Assembly (NCBI GenBank): GCA_004022145.1
Contig: RCNU01000001.1
DNA from: Paecilomyces variotii
Lineage: Eukaryota
DNA length: 64,000 nucleotides
Strand: one strand, 5' to 3'
The notes beneath the pieces were generated by a model. It worked only from the letters and a program-made list of their open reading frames with translations, did not search any database and had not been told where the DNA came from. The position numbers were made by a program, and so were the translations under genes. Of the stretch, positions 1-13,555 are shown piece after piece (the stretch's first letter is position 1; each line of letters begins with the position of its first letter).

Positions 1-1496
1 CCCATCTCGGGCCCAACTCCCGTCATGTCTGAAGTACACCTGATGCGGAGTAAAGATCCAGCTCTTGAGGCATCATCTTCGTTCTAGTCCAGAAACAGTA
101 TCATTTCGCGTATGTCATCTCTTGCGGTGTTTGATTTGGAGAACGCGGGCGCGACAAGATACCTATCCGTTCACTGCGGGGCTTTCGGATACAAATTACT
201 CCGCATCAGAGATACAGAGTACTTTCGAGAGTACAAGAATTATTAATCAAACAGGTCCGACTCCTCATCGCGACGTGGTTATACTCCGCATGGGCACAAA
301 AATCTCGCAGAGGTTTCTCGGGATTGCGTGCTCAATAATGGCGGTATTTGGTATCTTCTGGAGGGACTTCTCGGGCAATGAAAGTCGTATGCTGATTCGC
401 AGGGTCTCCGAGCAATGAGCATTAACTAACTAGCACATGGACGAATGTGTAAGCCGAAGAACATGGGGCTTGAGAAGATTTATTATTAAGGAAATGGGCG
501 CCGGGAATGTCCACTTTACCAGACGGGGAAGTATCCCTTCAAAGTTCAGGATTGAAGCATGGAGAATGACCTTCATGTCACTGGCTTCAGGTCACATGAG
601 ATGTTCCTTGGGAACACAGCTGGTCATTAATCCATTCCGAAGTGTCATGGCTGTTCCTGCGCTCTGCGCTCAGAGATGGAAATGCTGATGGTATGGGTGC
701 ATTCAGACTAAATAGGTATGCTCCCTTGAATACCCGTGATTAGAAATATACTATTACTGACAAGCATCCTTAGAACGGCTATAGAGAAGCTCAAGATCAG
801 TAATCAGCATCGCGGATCGGAGCAGATAATTTCGCCGTAGGGCCGGCCCCTATCCGCATTTTTCAGTGATACAGACTTCCCTCTCCCCAAAGCTTTTATC
901 TCTTTATACATCCAATCATCTGGGTACCAGTCTGTTCTGCAATCGTTCCCATATTCGTTTTTCTATGAGTATCGTCCGAACGGTGGGAGAAAATATTTCT
1001 GAGACCTGATGGTGAGTCCGATACTGCGCAGCTTTCCGATGCAGGGCCTATTCCGGGCTTAATCCTACAAAATCTCTGGTATCGAGCAGATATGGGGATC
1101 CGAAGCGGGAACGCTTTGTTAGTCCTTGATCCGACGTGGCCTGCAGTGATTCGCGAATGAATTGTTAGTTGCCAGAGATCAAAGGTCGTAAATGAATGAC
1201 GGAAGTCGACTAGACGACTAGACCAAAAAGGAGAACTCCTCAGAAGTCTGATCCTAGCTGGATCTAACAATGAATATTGACAGTCTTAGAAGAGGATGCT
1301 AGCGCGCAGGAGAAAAGGGGACTGCCAGCATTTGACATCACAATCACACTCAACGAACCACAACACGAAGTTATTAAACTGGAGGGTATAAACCGTGACG
1401 ACGCTTGTCTCATTCTGGGCAGTATATCTCCTTAGCACGAGCGAGGTCGCCGTCGACCACAGGGCTTGTGGTGTGATTTTCGAAGCGTTCAACCCT

Positions 1497-1497
<1 letters not shown>

Positions 1498-1540
<43 letters not shown>
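1498..1540. repeat. poly(T) tract, 43 nt
   Basis: Uninterrupted T run read directly; it is poly(A) on the minus strand, about 270 bp downstream of the HNH gene stop. Confidence 0.95.
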
Positions 1541-1543
<3 letters not shown>

Positions 1544-1809
1544 CATTAGTTAGTTCGCTCACTCAGACTGCACATGAACCTATGTTGTTTTCTTTTGGGC
1601 ATTTGCTTCTTTTGTTCTAGTTCTACTACTATGGAAGCCCCCAGTTGTTTTTCTGGGCGTTGCTTATACCGTTCTGATTTCACAGCGAACCACCGTGATA
1701 CTCGCACCTCAGCATTTCGTGGTTGGCCGCGGCAGGTCATGGTTTTCATTTTGACTCCAGCAGGGCCTTACTCAAATGAACTCCATAGAACCCCTGACTC
1801 CTCGCTGGT

Positions 1810-2931
1810 CTACTCTTCGTCATCTTCATCGTCATCTTCATCATCATCATATTCAATACTATCTGCAGCCCCACGAATAGCAGCAATCCTATGCAGGACC
1901 CACTGCATCTGTAACAGATGGTAGGACGGCAAAGGATGGGTCTGTGGGTTATGAGTCTTGAAAGTTATCACATCGCCGGACTTGACCAGACAATCTGTAT
2001 GGCCATTTAACAGCTTAACGCACCGTCCCGTTGAATTAAGATCCGACCGCAGATCAGGCCGAGATGTGAGGATCGTATATAGCGCGATATCTTTGCGTTT
2101 ATTCGCCGGTAGCCAAAAGAACTCTACCTCCATCGTCTTCATGTCTGCGGAGGGAGGGCGTGGCTTGAGCGCAAAGAGGCATCTGTCCCAATAGGCATGC
2201 GCGCTAGGAGAGAGCGTGATGAGGTTTTCGCATTTTTCGGTCCCATTACCTCCCAATATAGCATCTTCCCATTGTTTAACATGCTCTGCTGTCCAGAAGG
2301 CTCGAAGAGATGCCCAGAATTCCCCTCGGAGACTGTTCCCAAGGCTAAATGGGAATATGTGGGCTGCTTCCACCACTTGGTCAGCGTGTGTAATAACACA
2401 CGTTTGGGAGTCTCTCTGGAGGCACTGACGCAATATATTAGTTGATACCCAATCTTGGCTTATTTGGGTGTACTCACGTTATCAATAGCCACCTGGGATC
2501 GGACCTTCTTAGCTGATAGCGACGGTGAGTTAGGATCTATTACAGACTGAGACTCATCGGTAGATGTCCGCCGCCTTTTGCCAGTCGGGGTAGACGCTTC
2601 ACTTGAGGGGTTTGTGTTTCCTCCCCAAGGATCCTTAACCCTTCTTCGGTTTGCCCCTAAAGAAATTAGCCCAGTAGTCATTTATTATAACCCTAGAATA
2701 CTTACAAATCTCTACGGCATCTAATATCATTGGATTGCCAGCCACGAAGACGGATGCCTTGACTGGATCGTCGTGGCTTGCGATTCTGCGTAGTGATTCA
2801 ACGTCGGCTACCCAAAGGGCAGCCCAGTTCTCTACACGAGCGTGAGTCAGATTGTTGGCTTCAATGAGGCGTTGCAGCTTTTCAAGAAGATCTAGTCTGT
2901 CCTGAGACTCGAATTCCTCCGTAAGACTCAT
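1810..2931 (-). CDS. Fungal HNH endonuclease-domain protein (HNH_2-like), 3 exons
   Basis: ORFs 2635-3042, 2460-2681 and 1810-2433 join in frame through GTAAGT/GTGAGT..AG introns. Motifs CVIT..VEAAHIFPF..ENLITLSPSAHAYWD and LPSYHLLQMQW.LHRIAA; acidic tail. Confidence 0.8.
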
Positions 2932-5896
2932 TCTCGAGAACGGAGTTGAATTGCTGCTGGTGGTAGAACTGCGCAGTTGGCTTGCGAAAGAGTTCAAGGC
3001 AGATATGGCCGTCTTTGAGATAATCGGAGCTCGTAATTTCAAGGAGGGTTGAAGGAGAGTTGAAGGAAAGTTGAAGGTCGAGTCATTCTAACGCTGTTAG
3101 GCAACCACGACCTGGCCTGATTCTGCCTGGCTATAGATAGCCCTGTTACGCTTGCCGACGTCCTTACCACAAACGTTCGGTTAACAGCACCAAACGATAA
3201 ATAAGATGCTGGTGTGGACTTCATGGAATGGGTGGGCAGCCAGGTGGATGTGGCTTAAACTCAACGGGTTCAACATTGGCATCTGATTCTATTAACTGTT
3301 CTGGGATTGACGCCAGAGAACTAGAGTGAAATTGCCTAGGGTTCTAAAACTCTGGGGTTGCGAGATTCTCACCTCAGTAATCGCATTCTACTGTATTCCC
3401 CGCGGTTGCCTGAGATAAAAGAATACCATAGAAGGGTTCTCTGCCGAAAAAGGAGAAAAGCATATGTTTTGTCATAGCAAATAATGTTGGATATGTCGCC
3501 GATGACTGATCGGGGCAGTAGACACATTGTAAATAGAGGTACCGCCGTTCTTCTAAGCATTCTGTCGCTGTGGGGTTATTGGACCATCTTATTGACAATA
3601 ATGACAACAAGGGAACAAGGCGATGTCTGTTGCATAATTGCAGAATTAGCAAGAGGAGTTTGTGCAAATACAATGTGATAACTATGTTCAGCATTCTCAG
3701 GCATTTGACTAGACAGCCGAATTTACCTACCGGAGACTGTTTTACTCTCAGATTTCGGGGATATATCCAGTCCTCGATGCGTTTGCTGAACGACGTGGTC
3801 TGGACCTCAATGCTCAGATAATCAGGTCTTATCTGATTAGATGTGTCCTCACAACGCGCGGATCGATTTCTGCACGACCATGCAGATGAGCTGTGGACAT
3901 GAATCAATCGGGCTACGATTTACCACTCAGTGGATCTCAGATGAATATCTTAATAGCAAAGATAGTAACTTAAAGTTTAGCGCTCTAGTAGTACAAGTGG
4001 CCGAAAGTTTGCTACGCATTTACTGTATTAGGATATTCGCTAAGGGACAAGTACATACTTCCTATGCAAGATGCCGGGGGCATCTAACTTACTCCAGGAC
4101 GGATATGCATGTTTAATTGTGATTGTCAAGCGCTAACTATCAGTCTATCATCGACAGTATTCCATTGACTGAGACGAATAAATGGCTCTGGTAAAAGCAC
4201 ATTGTCTTCTTACACGACATAATGTCTCAATGTCTCAGTGTCTCAGTACACCCGTGGGAAGCTAATCAATACCTTCTGCAGTAGACTCGAGTATTATTCT
4301 GTCATATTGTCCTTGCGGAAGTCTCCAAAATGCAGACGACCTCTATTCGATTGATTAATATTTGATAAGGAAAGCCGATCTCTTCGATCGGCGAGCCGGC
4401 AGTTGTGTTGCTGACGTACAGTCCTTAACGAGCCGATGCCGGAGCCGAAGTGGGCTGATGTTGGATTTGGCATTGCACTTCAATCTACTCCCGTACTTAG
4501 TTCTCTACCTAATAATGATTTCTCCACGCACTAAATAACTGAGAAACCGTGCCAAACAAAGTAAGTGGCTCTCCCCGCAATCTGGCCCGTCCTGCAACTG
4601 AGATACAATCTGGTTGGACTTCAGGATGGAAGCTGTTTCCACTCTGTTTAAGGTAAGCTGAGAGGTTGTCGGCAGTCTTGGAACCGTGACGATGTCGAAC
4701 GTCATCCACAATGTGCTGCCTACCTAGAGTTTTAGACCGTCGCCTCGGACAGACTGCCAGCTCGGCCATTTGCATAAATGGTCGCTTTACTTACCCGTAA
4801 ATTCCCTGTTTGCGACGCCTTAACATTAACTATGACCAAAACAACCAACATTATTTATTAAAATATATTGAAAACCTGCCTCTATAGATGAATATATTAA
4901 TATATACTTTAAATTTTATCTTTTTGTTAAGAAATACGGTAGGTTGTGGTAAAACTCCCAAGCAAATTGATGGGGTGACCGAGCTGCCAGTCTGTCCGAG
5001 GCGACGGTCTAAAACTCTATGCTCTTGCACCAAGGAAATCTCAATTTTTTTAATCGTCTTTTTATGACAATGGTCACAGTCAACCTATTCCGGTAGTCGA
5101 GGGCGCGCACATCCATAGCCAACGTGGGGCACAATATTCCCGGCTTCGCCTCTTTGCAACCACCACCAGGAGATGATTCTTGATAGCCTACAGGGGTGCC
5201 ACGGGGTCCTCTTGAGAAGAAGAAATGCTTTCCCCGAAAGAACAAGATCGGCGACAGAGCTGGAGCCGCGAGCCTCGCCACTCCTCTAGCCGTTCGATCC
5301 GAACTGGAGCTGTCCGCGTCTTCAACAAAACTCGTCCATCATCACTCCAATCTCCGGTCCAAGATGATCTCATGCATATTATTTGTGCCCCAGAAGACTG
5401 TATGTCAAATATCCTTGGACCGGCTTGTTCCGGATGCGCGTGCGGAAGGTGATAGGCCACCTACTCCTGCATACTATTTGATAATAAGCTCTTTTAGATC
5501 TCAATTCATACATTACGGAGAACCCGGAAACCGGAGGACTATCCTCCTTGACTTCATCTCCAGGTCGCTTTCTTGGTATGCCTCTGTAAAGGGCGGCCGC
5601 TACGATGGTTTGCCGATGACATCCCCACGTCATGGCTCCCGCCTAGCAAAGATGTGGAGTAATTTTTCATCTACCTCGAATTGAAATGCTGAGAGGATAA
5701 TCGCCTTTCCTCTTTCTCCGGGCTTTTTGGGATAGTTATGGGAAGCTTGCGTCACTAGTCCGTAGCTGACAAAAGATGATGCCTAGATCACGACAAGAAA
5801 TGCATATATCTACCCTCTATGCACCCTCTTTGGGTGATCTGCCAGGAACTTCAACCAGCAGATCTTGACTCGTCTTCTTGGGTACAGCTTCTCAAG

Positions 5897-7376
5897 ATGC
5901 CTTCAACCCATATCAGCGTCGCGGCGCTGCTGGCCTTGGTGCCCTTCACCCTGGCAGCTCCAGCCACCACGTCTGCAAGTACAACCCCAGATTCTGCGGC
6001 TGCTACGTCCACGTCTGCACCCTCTGCACCGCCTCTGCGTAGTCATCCGACATCGATCAGCCATGGACCCTACCTCGGCACTGCTACGACTACAGGGGCT
6101 TTGACAGCTGCCAGCGGTATACTCGGAACAGCTATTCCATCGCTGCCACCTAACCCCAACGCAACGACGTACCCAAGTGACGGAAAGCTCCATGACGCTG
6201 AGCCTGCTCCGTACGTACCGGCTGGAGGAGTTGGCACCAACGGTACTCCGCCCGTCTATAACGCAAAGAGTGACTTTGACTATGAATCCTTGGTATGTTT
6301 CTTGCATTGCCTAGCGATAAAGAGCCATTCATGCTAACAAGTTATAGGCACTTGCACTCTACCAGGAATGGATTGAATTGGATCTGTTCCACAATGGCCT
6401 GGCAAAGTTCTCTGTGGAAGACTTCGAGGCGGCCGGTCTAACCGCTGAAGACCGCTTCCTGATTGAGTTTATGGCAGACCAAGAAGCCGGGCACGCCACT
6501 ATGATCAGCAACATCCTGGGTGCTTCGGCTCCGCAGCAGTGCCAGTACAACTACCCGTACACGAACGTGCGGGAGTTTGTCGACTTTTGCCAGAAGCTCA
6601 CCCGTTTCGGTGAATCGGGTGTCTATGGCTTCCTTGGCCATCTTGACTCCCGGGAAGCCGCAACGCTCTTGCTGCAGTCAATCACTACGGAGGCCCGTCA
6701 GCAGATGATTTTCCGTCAGTTTGAAGGTCTATTCCCGATGCCAGTCTGGTTCGAGGTTGGCGTGCCCCAGTCCTGGGCTTGGTCTCTCATCTCGCCCTAC
6801 ATCGCTTCGTGTCCAGCCAACCAGACCAGATTGGCATGGCAGAACTTCCCAGCCCTCTGGGTGCTGAACCAGCCTAACCCAGAGCGCATTAACGGCACAT
6901 CCGGTTTCAACGAGACCATCAGCGCTGGTATGAACACCATGAACGCAACGGTTCCCAACAGTGACTCGTGTCTCAATGCCACCGGCGTTGGTACGAACTG
7001 CGGCCCTGCTATCACCCACAACCGCACGATTCCTCTATCCTACCCTGGACGCCAAGTTTTCTTCGAGTGGGAGACTCCTGGTAAGGCCGTCGGTCCCAAC
7101 AATAGCTACATCACCTCATCACAGGCTGGAGCTCCCAAGTATGTCGTCTGGGCGACGCAGCTGAACGTAACCTACTCTGCTCTTGTTCTCAATGGTAGCA
7201 ACTCCACTGCGGGTTGGACCCTCCAGCCCAACGTGTCGACCTACCAGGGCGATCCTGCTATCAACGGAACCATGTTTGTTGCCATCACTGACGACAACCC
7301 ATTCCTGACGCCCTTCAACTTCAGCTTGATCAACCCTCACGTGGTGGCTGGTCCTGCTCTCTACCAATCTGGTTAA
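5897..7376 (+). CDS. rds1: Rds1-like secreted ferritin-like stress-response protein, 2 exons
   Basis: Signal-peptide-like N-terminus and S/T/P-rich linker. Intron about 6293-6347 joins SDFDYESL to ALALYQEWIELDLF. Ferritin-like motifs DQEAGH, RFGESGVYGFL and EARQQMIFRQ. Confidence 0.85.
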
Positions 7377-8105
7377 AGAGACTTGGCGGACAACGCCGCG
7401 TCCTGTGGCGTTGAACGCGCTCAGTAACGCTGATATGATGGAAAACTGGTCTATGCTACTAATCTGTACAGAAGGAGTTCTTAATCTCCGCTACAGGCCC
7501 ACTCTATAATGTATGATAATTTCACCTAGTGATTAATGCGGAATAATCATGCTCCAAGTGCAATAATCTATATCCACCAGCCTCTCTTAAAAGTAAACGG
7601 TAGATTCTTCCGGGTGAAAAGAGCAGCAGTCTGGTGATATTGATGAGGTCATCATCGCTTATGCATTGTTGCAATATTTTATTTCAGCCGGGAGACTCGT
7701 AGTTTATGGCCGCTACCAAACAGGGTCCGGCTGGATCCGGTGTGGCAAAGAAGCCATGGGTTGGATGAGCGAGCTGCAGGGAACTGGGCAAAGTCAATTC
7801 GGATATCAACTGGTTTCAGGCAGACGCGCACAATCAACCTTCTAGATAGATGGAAAGAAAAATTGTTGAATGACATGCATCATAAATTCATAATACATAG
7901 TTAGTTAAAATTAATACTTCCGACATCCCGTAACGCCGCCGAATGCCGGAATGCCAAGGAAGCTTCTCGATCTAGTTAGTACTGTAAGAGTTAACCCGCC
8001 AGAGCTTAACTTTATCGCCAAACACGATAATGATCTGATCACCACCTGGTCTGGACCAACTCGTGAGCTTTTTTCAACCAGGGAAAACAGAAACAATAAC
8101 CTGTG

Positions 8106-8951
8106 ATGGACGCTCCACGGAACCGAAAACAGCGTCGAGCTGCTGCTAAAGAACCAGACTCCTTCGATCCGTCCTCCATCCCTCTGGCGCGACCGCCACC
8201 CCCGAGCCAGAACCAGAGGACGAAAACGCTCTTGGAGATCGCCGAGGAGAGGCAGCGGGAACTGTATCGTCTACATGGCCAAGATAATTCACAGGAAACT
8301 GGAGAGGGAAACGGAACTGAAACACAAAGGGGGAAGCAGGCGCAGTTCATGCGGATAGGGCCCGATGGAAATCTCGTTCCTGTGCCTTCTTCTTCGTCTT
8401 CACCAAATGATAATGATAACGACGAAGATGCGACTGCAGACCCTGATGACGCCATCTCGCCCTTCATCGATACCCTTCTCCTCTCGATCCCGCTCTCCGC
8501 CATGCATCTCACACTCTCATACCTCGCTGCGCATCAGTATGCGCAGGATATACCCGTGAAGAAACTCGTTAACGAATCGGTCTTCGCTGCGTTGCCCGTT
8601 CTCACGTTCCTGATCCATCTTTCTCACGGACATATCATCTCCTTTGGGAAGACAGATAGAGGCTCGAAGCAGCCCCCGCGTCTATCTGATTTGTCCTTTT
8701 CATCGATCTGGAAATTAATATTTCCACCTACGTTGCGCACACTCGTGTTCCTACCGCTGGCGGTGGCCCTGGGTGCGAAGCTCGTCGCACTGACGAATGA
8801 CGCGGGATATTATGCCGTGATGAAGAGAGCTCCGTCCATCGGGACACTCTGGGTGTGGTCTGTACTCGAGCTGTCTGCCGGGGCAGCAGCTATTGGGGTC
8901 ATAGTCCCTCTCGCATGGGGTGTGTGGTGGATGGGATATACAATCATTTAG
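8106..8951 (+). CDS. Conserved-looking fungal membrane protein of unknown function
   Basis: Intronless ORF of about 281 aa; charged N-terminus (RNRKQRR) and several hydrophobic C-terminal segments. Confidence 0.7.
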   Translation: MDAPRNRKQRRAAAKEPDSFDPSSIPLARPPPPSQNQRTKTLLEIAEERQRELYRLHGQDNSQETGEGNGTETQRGKQAQFMRIGPDGNLVPVPSSSSSPNDNDNDEDATADPDDAISPFIDTLLLSIPLSAMHLTLSYLAAHQYAQDIPVKKLVNESVFAALPVLTFLIHLSHGHIISFGKTDRGSKQPPRLSDLSFSSIWKLIFPPTLRTLVFLPLAVALGAKLVALTNDAGYYAVMKRAPSIGTLWVWSVLELSAGAAAIGVIVPLAWGVWWMGYTII

Positions 8952-11189
8952 CGTGTAGTCGCTTGTTACGACATAGCGTTCATAATTTCTGCGTTGTATA
9001 CGGAGTTCAAATGCTTGGAAACTAATCAATCATAAGGGTGGCGCTTCGCGATTATCTGATGGTGTTGAGGAATATATCGCCGACTTTTCGTATTTGGGAT
9101 TACCCTCGAGTACTACAACAAATCGGGGTTTCCTCTCTTCGGGCATCGTATATCCTGTTTGATTCATGTCGGCTTTCTCTGAAGCATTGCGGGTGTTTAC
9201 AACGGGGATATCAAAAGCAGTGATTTGTTTCTCCGTTCATTGAATGTGAAGTTCATTTCTCGACGGATCTACCATACCAAAAAAAAGCTACGCCTCTGCC
9301 CGTATCCTCATCCCTCTCTCTCTCTCTCTCTCTCATTGATTCATCGCTGCTCTCTGCAGTGCCATCATTTCCTACCTTTTTCCTTACTGAATTCCACTTT
9401 ATCGAAGTGCGAGCACCCTACCCAATGCAGATGACGGTATCGCCAGTATAAACACATTTCGCAGCCCCTGATTATACGTATCAAGCAGTACTGGCAGTTG
9501 ACTCGGGTTGATCTATTTCCGCACATCAGTCGCGCTGGCAGAGAAGACGCGACTCAAGTCCAGGCGCCAGAAGATTACGGATCATGGCACTTCCGATGGA
9601 GACGAAATGGCCCCTGAGAGGTTCTGAATGAGAAATATCAAGGCGGTTCCAATGGGCACCTCCTCTGCAGGTAGAACTGTCTGGATTGTAAGGAAGTACT
9701 GCTGGACTGCCGTGCCGAAACCGGGGCCTGCGATGATCTCGTACCCGATCTATCGACCGGCAGAAATATCTACATGCACGGTGCATAAGTAGTAGGCCTG
9801 CACCAACAGCGCCCACTGCGGGACCTGTCAAGGCTGGAGGATTGTAGTTAGTTAACTAGTTAGTTAAAAGCTTGTCTTAGTCACAATAACGCCGGCGAGG
9901 ACGGCGGCGAGCGAGGAAGTTCATTACGGCGTAAGAGATCAAATTGATGCTAGATTGCAGGGGACTTGCATCCCGAGTAGTCTGAAACCAATACTTACGG
10001 CAAGTAGTAAACAACAAGAAGCGTACATAGCTCCTCCAAGGCAAATCGCCGCCACTAAGCAGGCCGGCGCGGTCCTTTCTATCATGAAATGCAGCGGGAG
10101 AAGCGAAGCTTCTCCACGTTGTTAATTCTGCCATGCCAGGAACAGAATACTCTCGGCCCCGAATCCGACTACCGCAGGCCGATACTTAGTCCGCGAGCTA
10201 TTTCAGGGATGGATATGTCACGCCACCCCATTGCATGGCGAGGAGCAGCATGACTACTGCGGTGATTATCAGGAGATTTCCAAGGAGATCTAGCCCAAGT
10301 AGTCGCTTAGAGAACGGTTCACGGATGCGTTCATTATTCTTGCGCAGATGGCCGATAAGAAGCAGGAAAAGAGATATACTGGATAGTAGATACTAAGTAG
10401 TGGTTGCTGTTCCGTTGAGGATGTAGTGTCTGTTAGGGAAACAACTTGGTCCCATTCACCATCCCCAGGGTGACGGTGATGTCGATATACCTTTTTCTCA
10501 CCTCTTTCTGGCTTATAGATTTTTCCGTCATGTTTGTCGAATCATCCATATTATAAGAACTCAAAAAGTATATAAAGATCGATAAGAGCTAAATAGGCGT
10601 CAGATTAGGATTTTCCTACAAATGTTTGTCGAATCTGGCCTGAACTAAACTCCATAGAACAAGGGATACTTGAACAACTCTCTTCGATAGGACGATGCAC
10701 AAGTATGTGGTGTGGGATGCGACATATACAAGTTGTAGTTAGTGATACAGCTTAGCCAAGTTGTCGTATTGTATCACCATTGGCACACACTATTCACGCT
10801 CGTTGATGTGTTCCTGTGTGCGACTTCACCTGGAGTAACTAGCGGGAACTGCAGATCTCAGAATGTGCTAGCTAATAGCACTAACTTTACTGTTTCGAAC
10901 TACTCAATGAATGTTGTACTGTACTTGGTTCCTATATGGTCTGGTGAATAGTAAAAAAGGACTGTACCACTTTTACTTACGCTACTTGATTTTGGTAACA
11001 CAAAGCTCTGATAAATCATGAAGAAGTCCCGGGTGCCACATCAGGAGCTAGACACATCTCAAGGGCCTCTGGATGAGATTTGTGACAGTGTATACCGTTG
11101 AGTCATAACCTTGTGAGGCATCGATTGAGATGTACACGTTCAATATTAAGATAGAAGTATGCTAAGTCACGATCCCAAACATCCGGTAC

Positions 11190-13013
11190 CTACAACACTT
11201 TCCTTCGCCTCACCTCCACCAACAGATCGGTTCTGGGATCAAGCATTGTCAATGCTGGCTTCTCGACCGCTGGAAGAGGCACCTTCGTCTCACCAGCCGG
11301 TCGCATATCAAATCTTGACAATGCGATTGCAACAAAACGGGTGACCTCTCTCTTGGCGAGGAACCGTCCTGGACATAACGTCTTTCCACCGCCAAAAGGT
11401 GCAAAGGCCTTAGTAGACTCCAGATTCTTGTCTCTCATCCAGCGCTCTATGTTGAATTCATCAGCGTCAGGACCGAAGATCCTTGGTTGCAGATGCGTCA
11501 TTCGCAGAGGACCAAGGACTTGAGTCCCGGGGCGGATGGTCGTGTTGCCGATGACTGTCGTACGGATCGTGTTGCGGGCAACGGTGCCATTGCTGTACAG
11601 ACGAAGGGCTTCAAGCCATACTGCATCGAGTGTTGGACAGCAAGAAGAGAGCTCTGTGAGATCAAGTGAGCCATCTTGACGGCGAAGAGATGATACTTCG
11701 CTGGTAATTGTCGCCTTAAGGGCCGGGTCACAGATGATGTGTGCGAAAACCCAAAAAGCCATTCGAAATGTATTGAAATTGACGCTGGTTCAGAGTGTCA
11801 GTCCAAAGATTCCGACTAAGGGGTTAATACGGATTGTGAAGTTTGTAACGTACGCCCAGAGCATCAAAATACCAATTGAAGCAGTCTCTTGAACTGAAAA
11901 CCCCAGGCGTTGCTGCTCACTCTGCATCCGATTGAATAGCCAACTAATGCGCGGTCGTTCCTCTTCTGGGCGCGAGTAGTATTTGACAAAGGCATCAACT
12001 AGCTTGTCTCGGGCCTTGTTCAGATCTCTGCAGAAGATTCTAGGAACTTGGTGTGGGATTTTCCAGCTTGTGTTATCCCACTGCACGTAATGCTCGACGA
12101 ATTGGGGGTCAATATTCAATATCTCTGGGCCTATAAATGTCATGCAGGCTGCATCAACAAGTGTGTACCGACAAAAGCTATATAAACTCAGTGATTTTGT
12201 TCCGTGCTCTGGATCTTCGGATATGAGGTATCTGGGTGTTGACAACTTGTCCCAAATCAACAACTTATCGAGGTATTCTAGGAGAAGCTTTTCGGCAGCC
12301 TTAGCCCTTTCACCACCTTGGAACTGCTCCTTGATCCATTCGTCTTGAATATCAATAAAGCGCTTATCCAATGGATTCTCTTTCACGAAGAACGGGGCCT
12401 CATTTTCATCTTCTTGGTTGCGCTTATAAAGACTCGCTGGTCGTTCAAGGAACATGAGGCTGTAACTCGCTTCTCGCAGGCCGATTCCTGCGAACGTATT
12501 CTGCATGTAATGGTCGAAAGACAGTGATTTTGTGTCTCTCCATACAGCTAGAACATCATTTGTGTTTCGAACTATGAGGAAAGTACGGCCACCAATTCTA
12601 AGCGCATATGGGTCATCTCCTTTAAAGTACCGACTTGATTATGAATGTGCACGTTAGCAGATTATTACGGATGAACTCTCCGCAGAGTATAAGGTTACTT
12701 ACTTCGCATTTCGTATAGTACCTTCCGGGTTTATCAGGAAACTGAGTGTATGGCCTGCTCGAGAGGAAATAGCGGCTGTTAGCTTCCCTCCTTTATGAGA
12801 TGTAGGTAGATATATAATTTCATTACCGAGTAAAGGAACAAAATATGGAAAGACCAACGGCTCATTAGGCCAGATCAGTGGGATAATGGTAAACTTCCAA
12901 ACTCTCCAGCAGAACCAGATTGTTAGTATGGAAATAGTCACGGTTGTATCGAATTCGCAATCTCCAAGGTGCTGCAGGCTTTGCAGAGCGCTATGTAAGG
13001 CGGAAAATATCAT
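11190..13013 (-). CDS. Cytochrome P450 resembling the CYP7/CYP8-like fungal group, multi-exon
   Basis: Heme motif PFGGGKTLCPGR, K-helix EALR, FNIERW, spliced I-helix LWAVNFNT and an N-terminal membrane anchor. Introns near 12826-12757, 12701-12637 and 11853-11786 (approximate). Confidence 0.9.
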
Positions 13014-13555
13014 AGCGTCTATAGTAGAGTGTAAAATGAGACTGTCGATCACTTAGTCAATGAGATGCCTTTCTCTGCGACGAACATTTATCAGCACCCG
13101 GTCCTTCCTCTAGTAAATAACTGTCAGTCGGGTTCTACAGTTTTATGGCACTCCCGCGATGTTTCTTCTTCAACTTGCTTTGTTTCAGCGGGCACTTCCA
13201 CCCATATGTTCGTCCAAGCCCTAGAGCAACTGTGGTTGGACTATGATGGCATATTCCGACTCTATAGTCTCACAAGCTTCCAAAAACATGTTTTCGTGAT
13301 TACACAAAAATCTATATTTAGTGCTACATACAGTACTCCTTGAGCGGAATCTGCCTTACCCTGCGACATTTGCACACCATGTCTCCGCTCCCAGACTCTA
13401 AGGAGATTCCCCTCATATCCAGGCTGAGTGGGTATCATGTTATTGCTCACCTAGTATAATGCCCCCCCCCCCTCCACCCCAAGAGGTATATCTCCGCTTT
13501 CTGTGCTTCTTAAAGTTCCGGCACTGGTGGTGATAATTGTCGATTGTTCGATACA

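Noticed and set aside
1-720. Possible decayed gene fragments with intron-like GTATG..AG signals
   Set aside because: Frames contain stops and no recognisable motif; a family call cannot be supported.
1286-1546. ORF starting MHKKKKKKK
   Set aside because: Artefact of the poly(T) tract.
4500-5700. Overlapping short ORFs around a small AT-rich patch (4851-4930), possibly a pseudogene
   Set aside because: No motif or consistent spliced model found.
9313-9333. (CT)n run
   Set aside because: Ordinary short microsatellite.
9844-9869. TAGTTAGTTAA repeats, also near 1546 and 7898
   Set aside because: Short low-complexity motif with no TIR/TSD or regular array structure.
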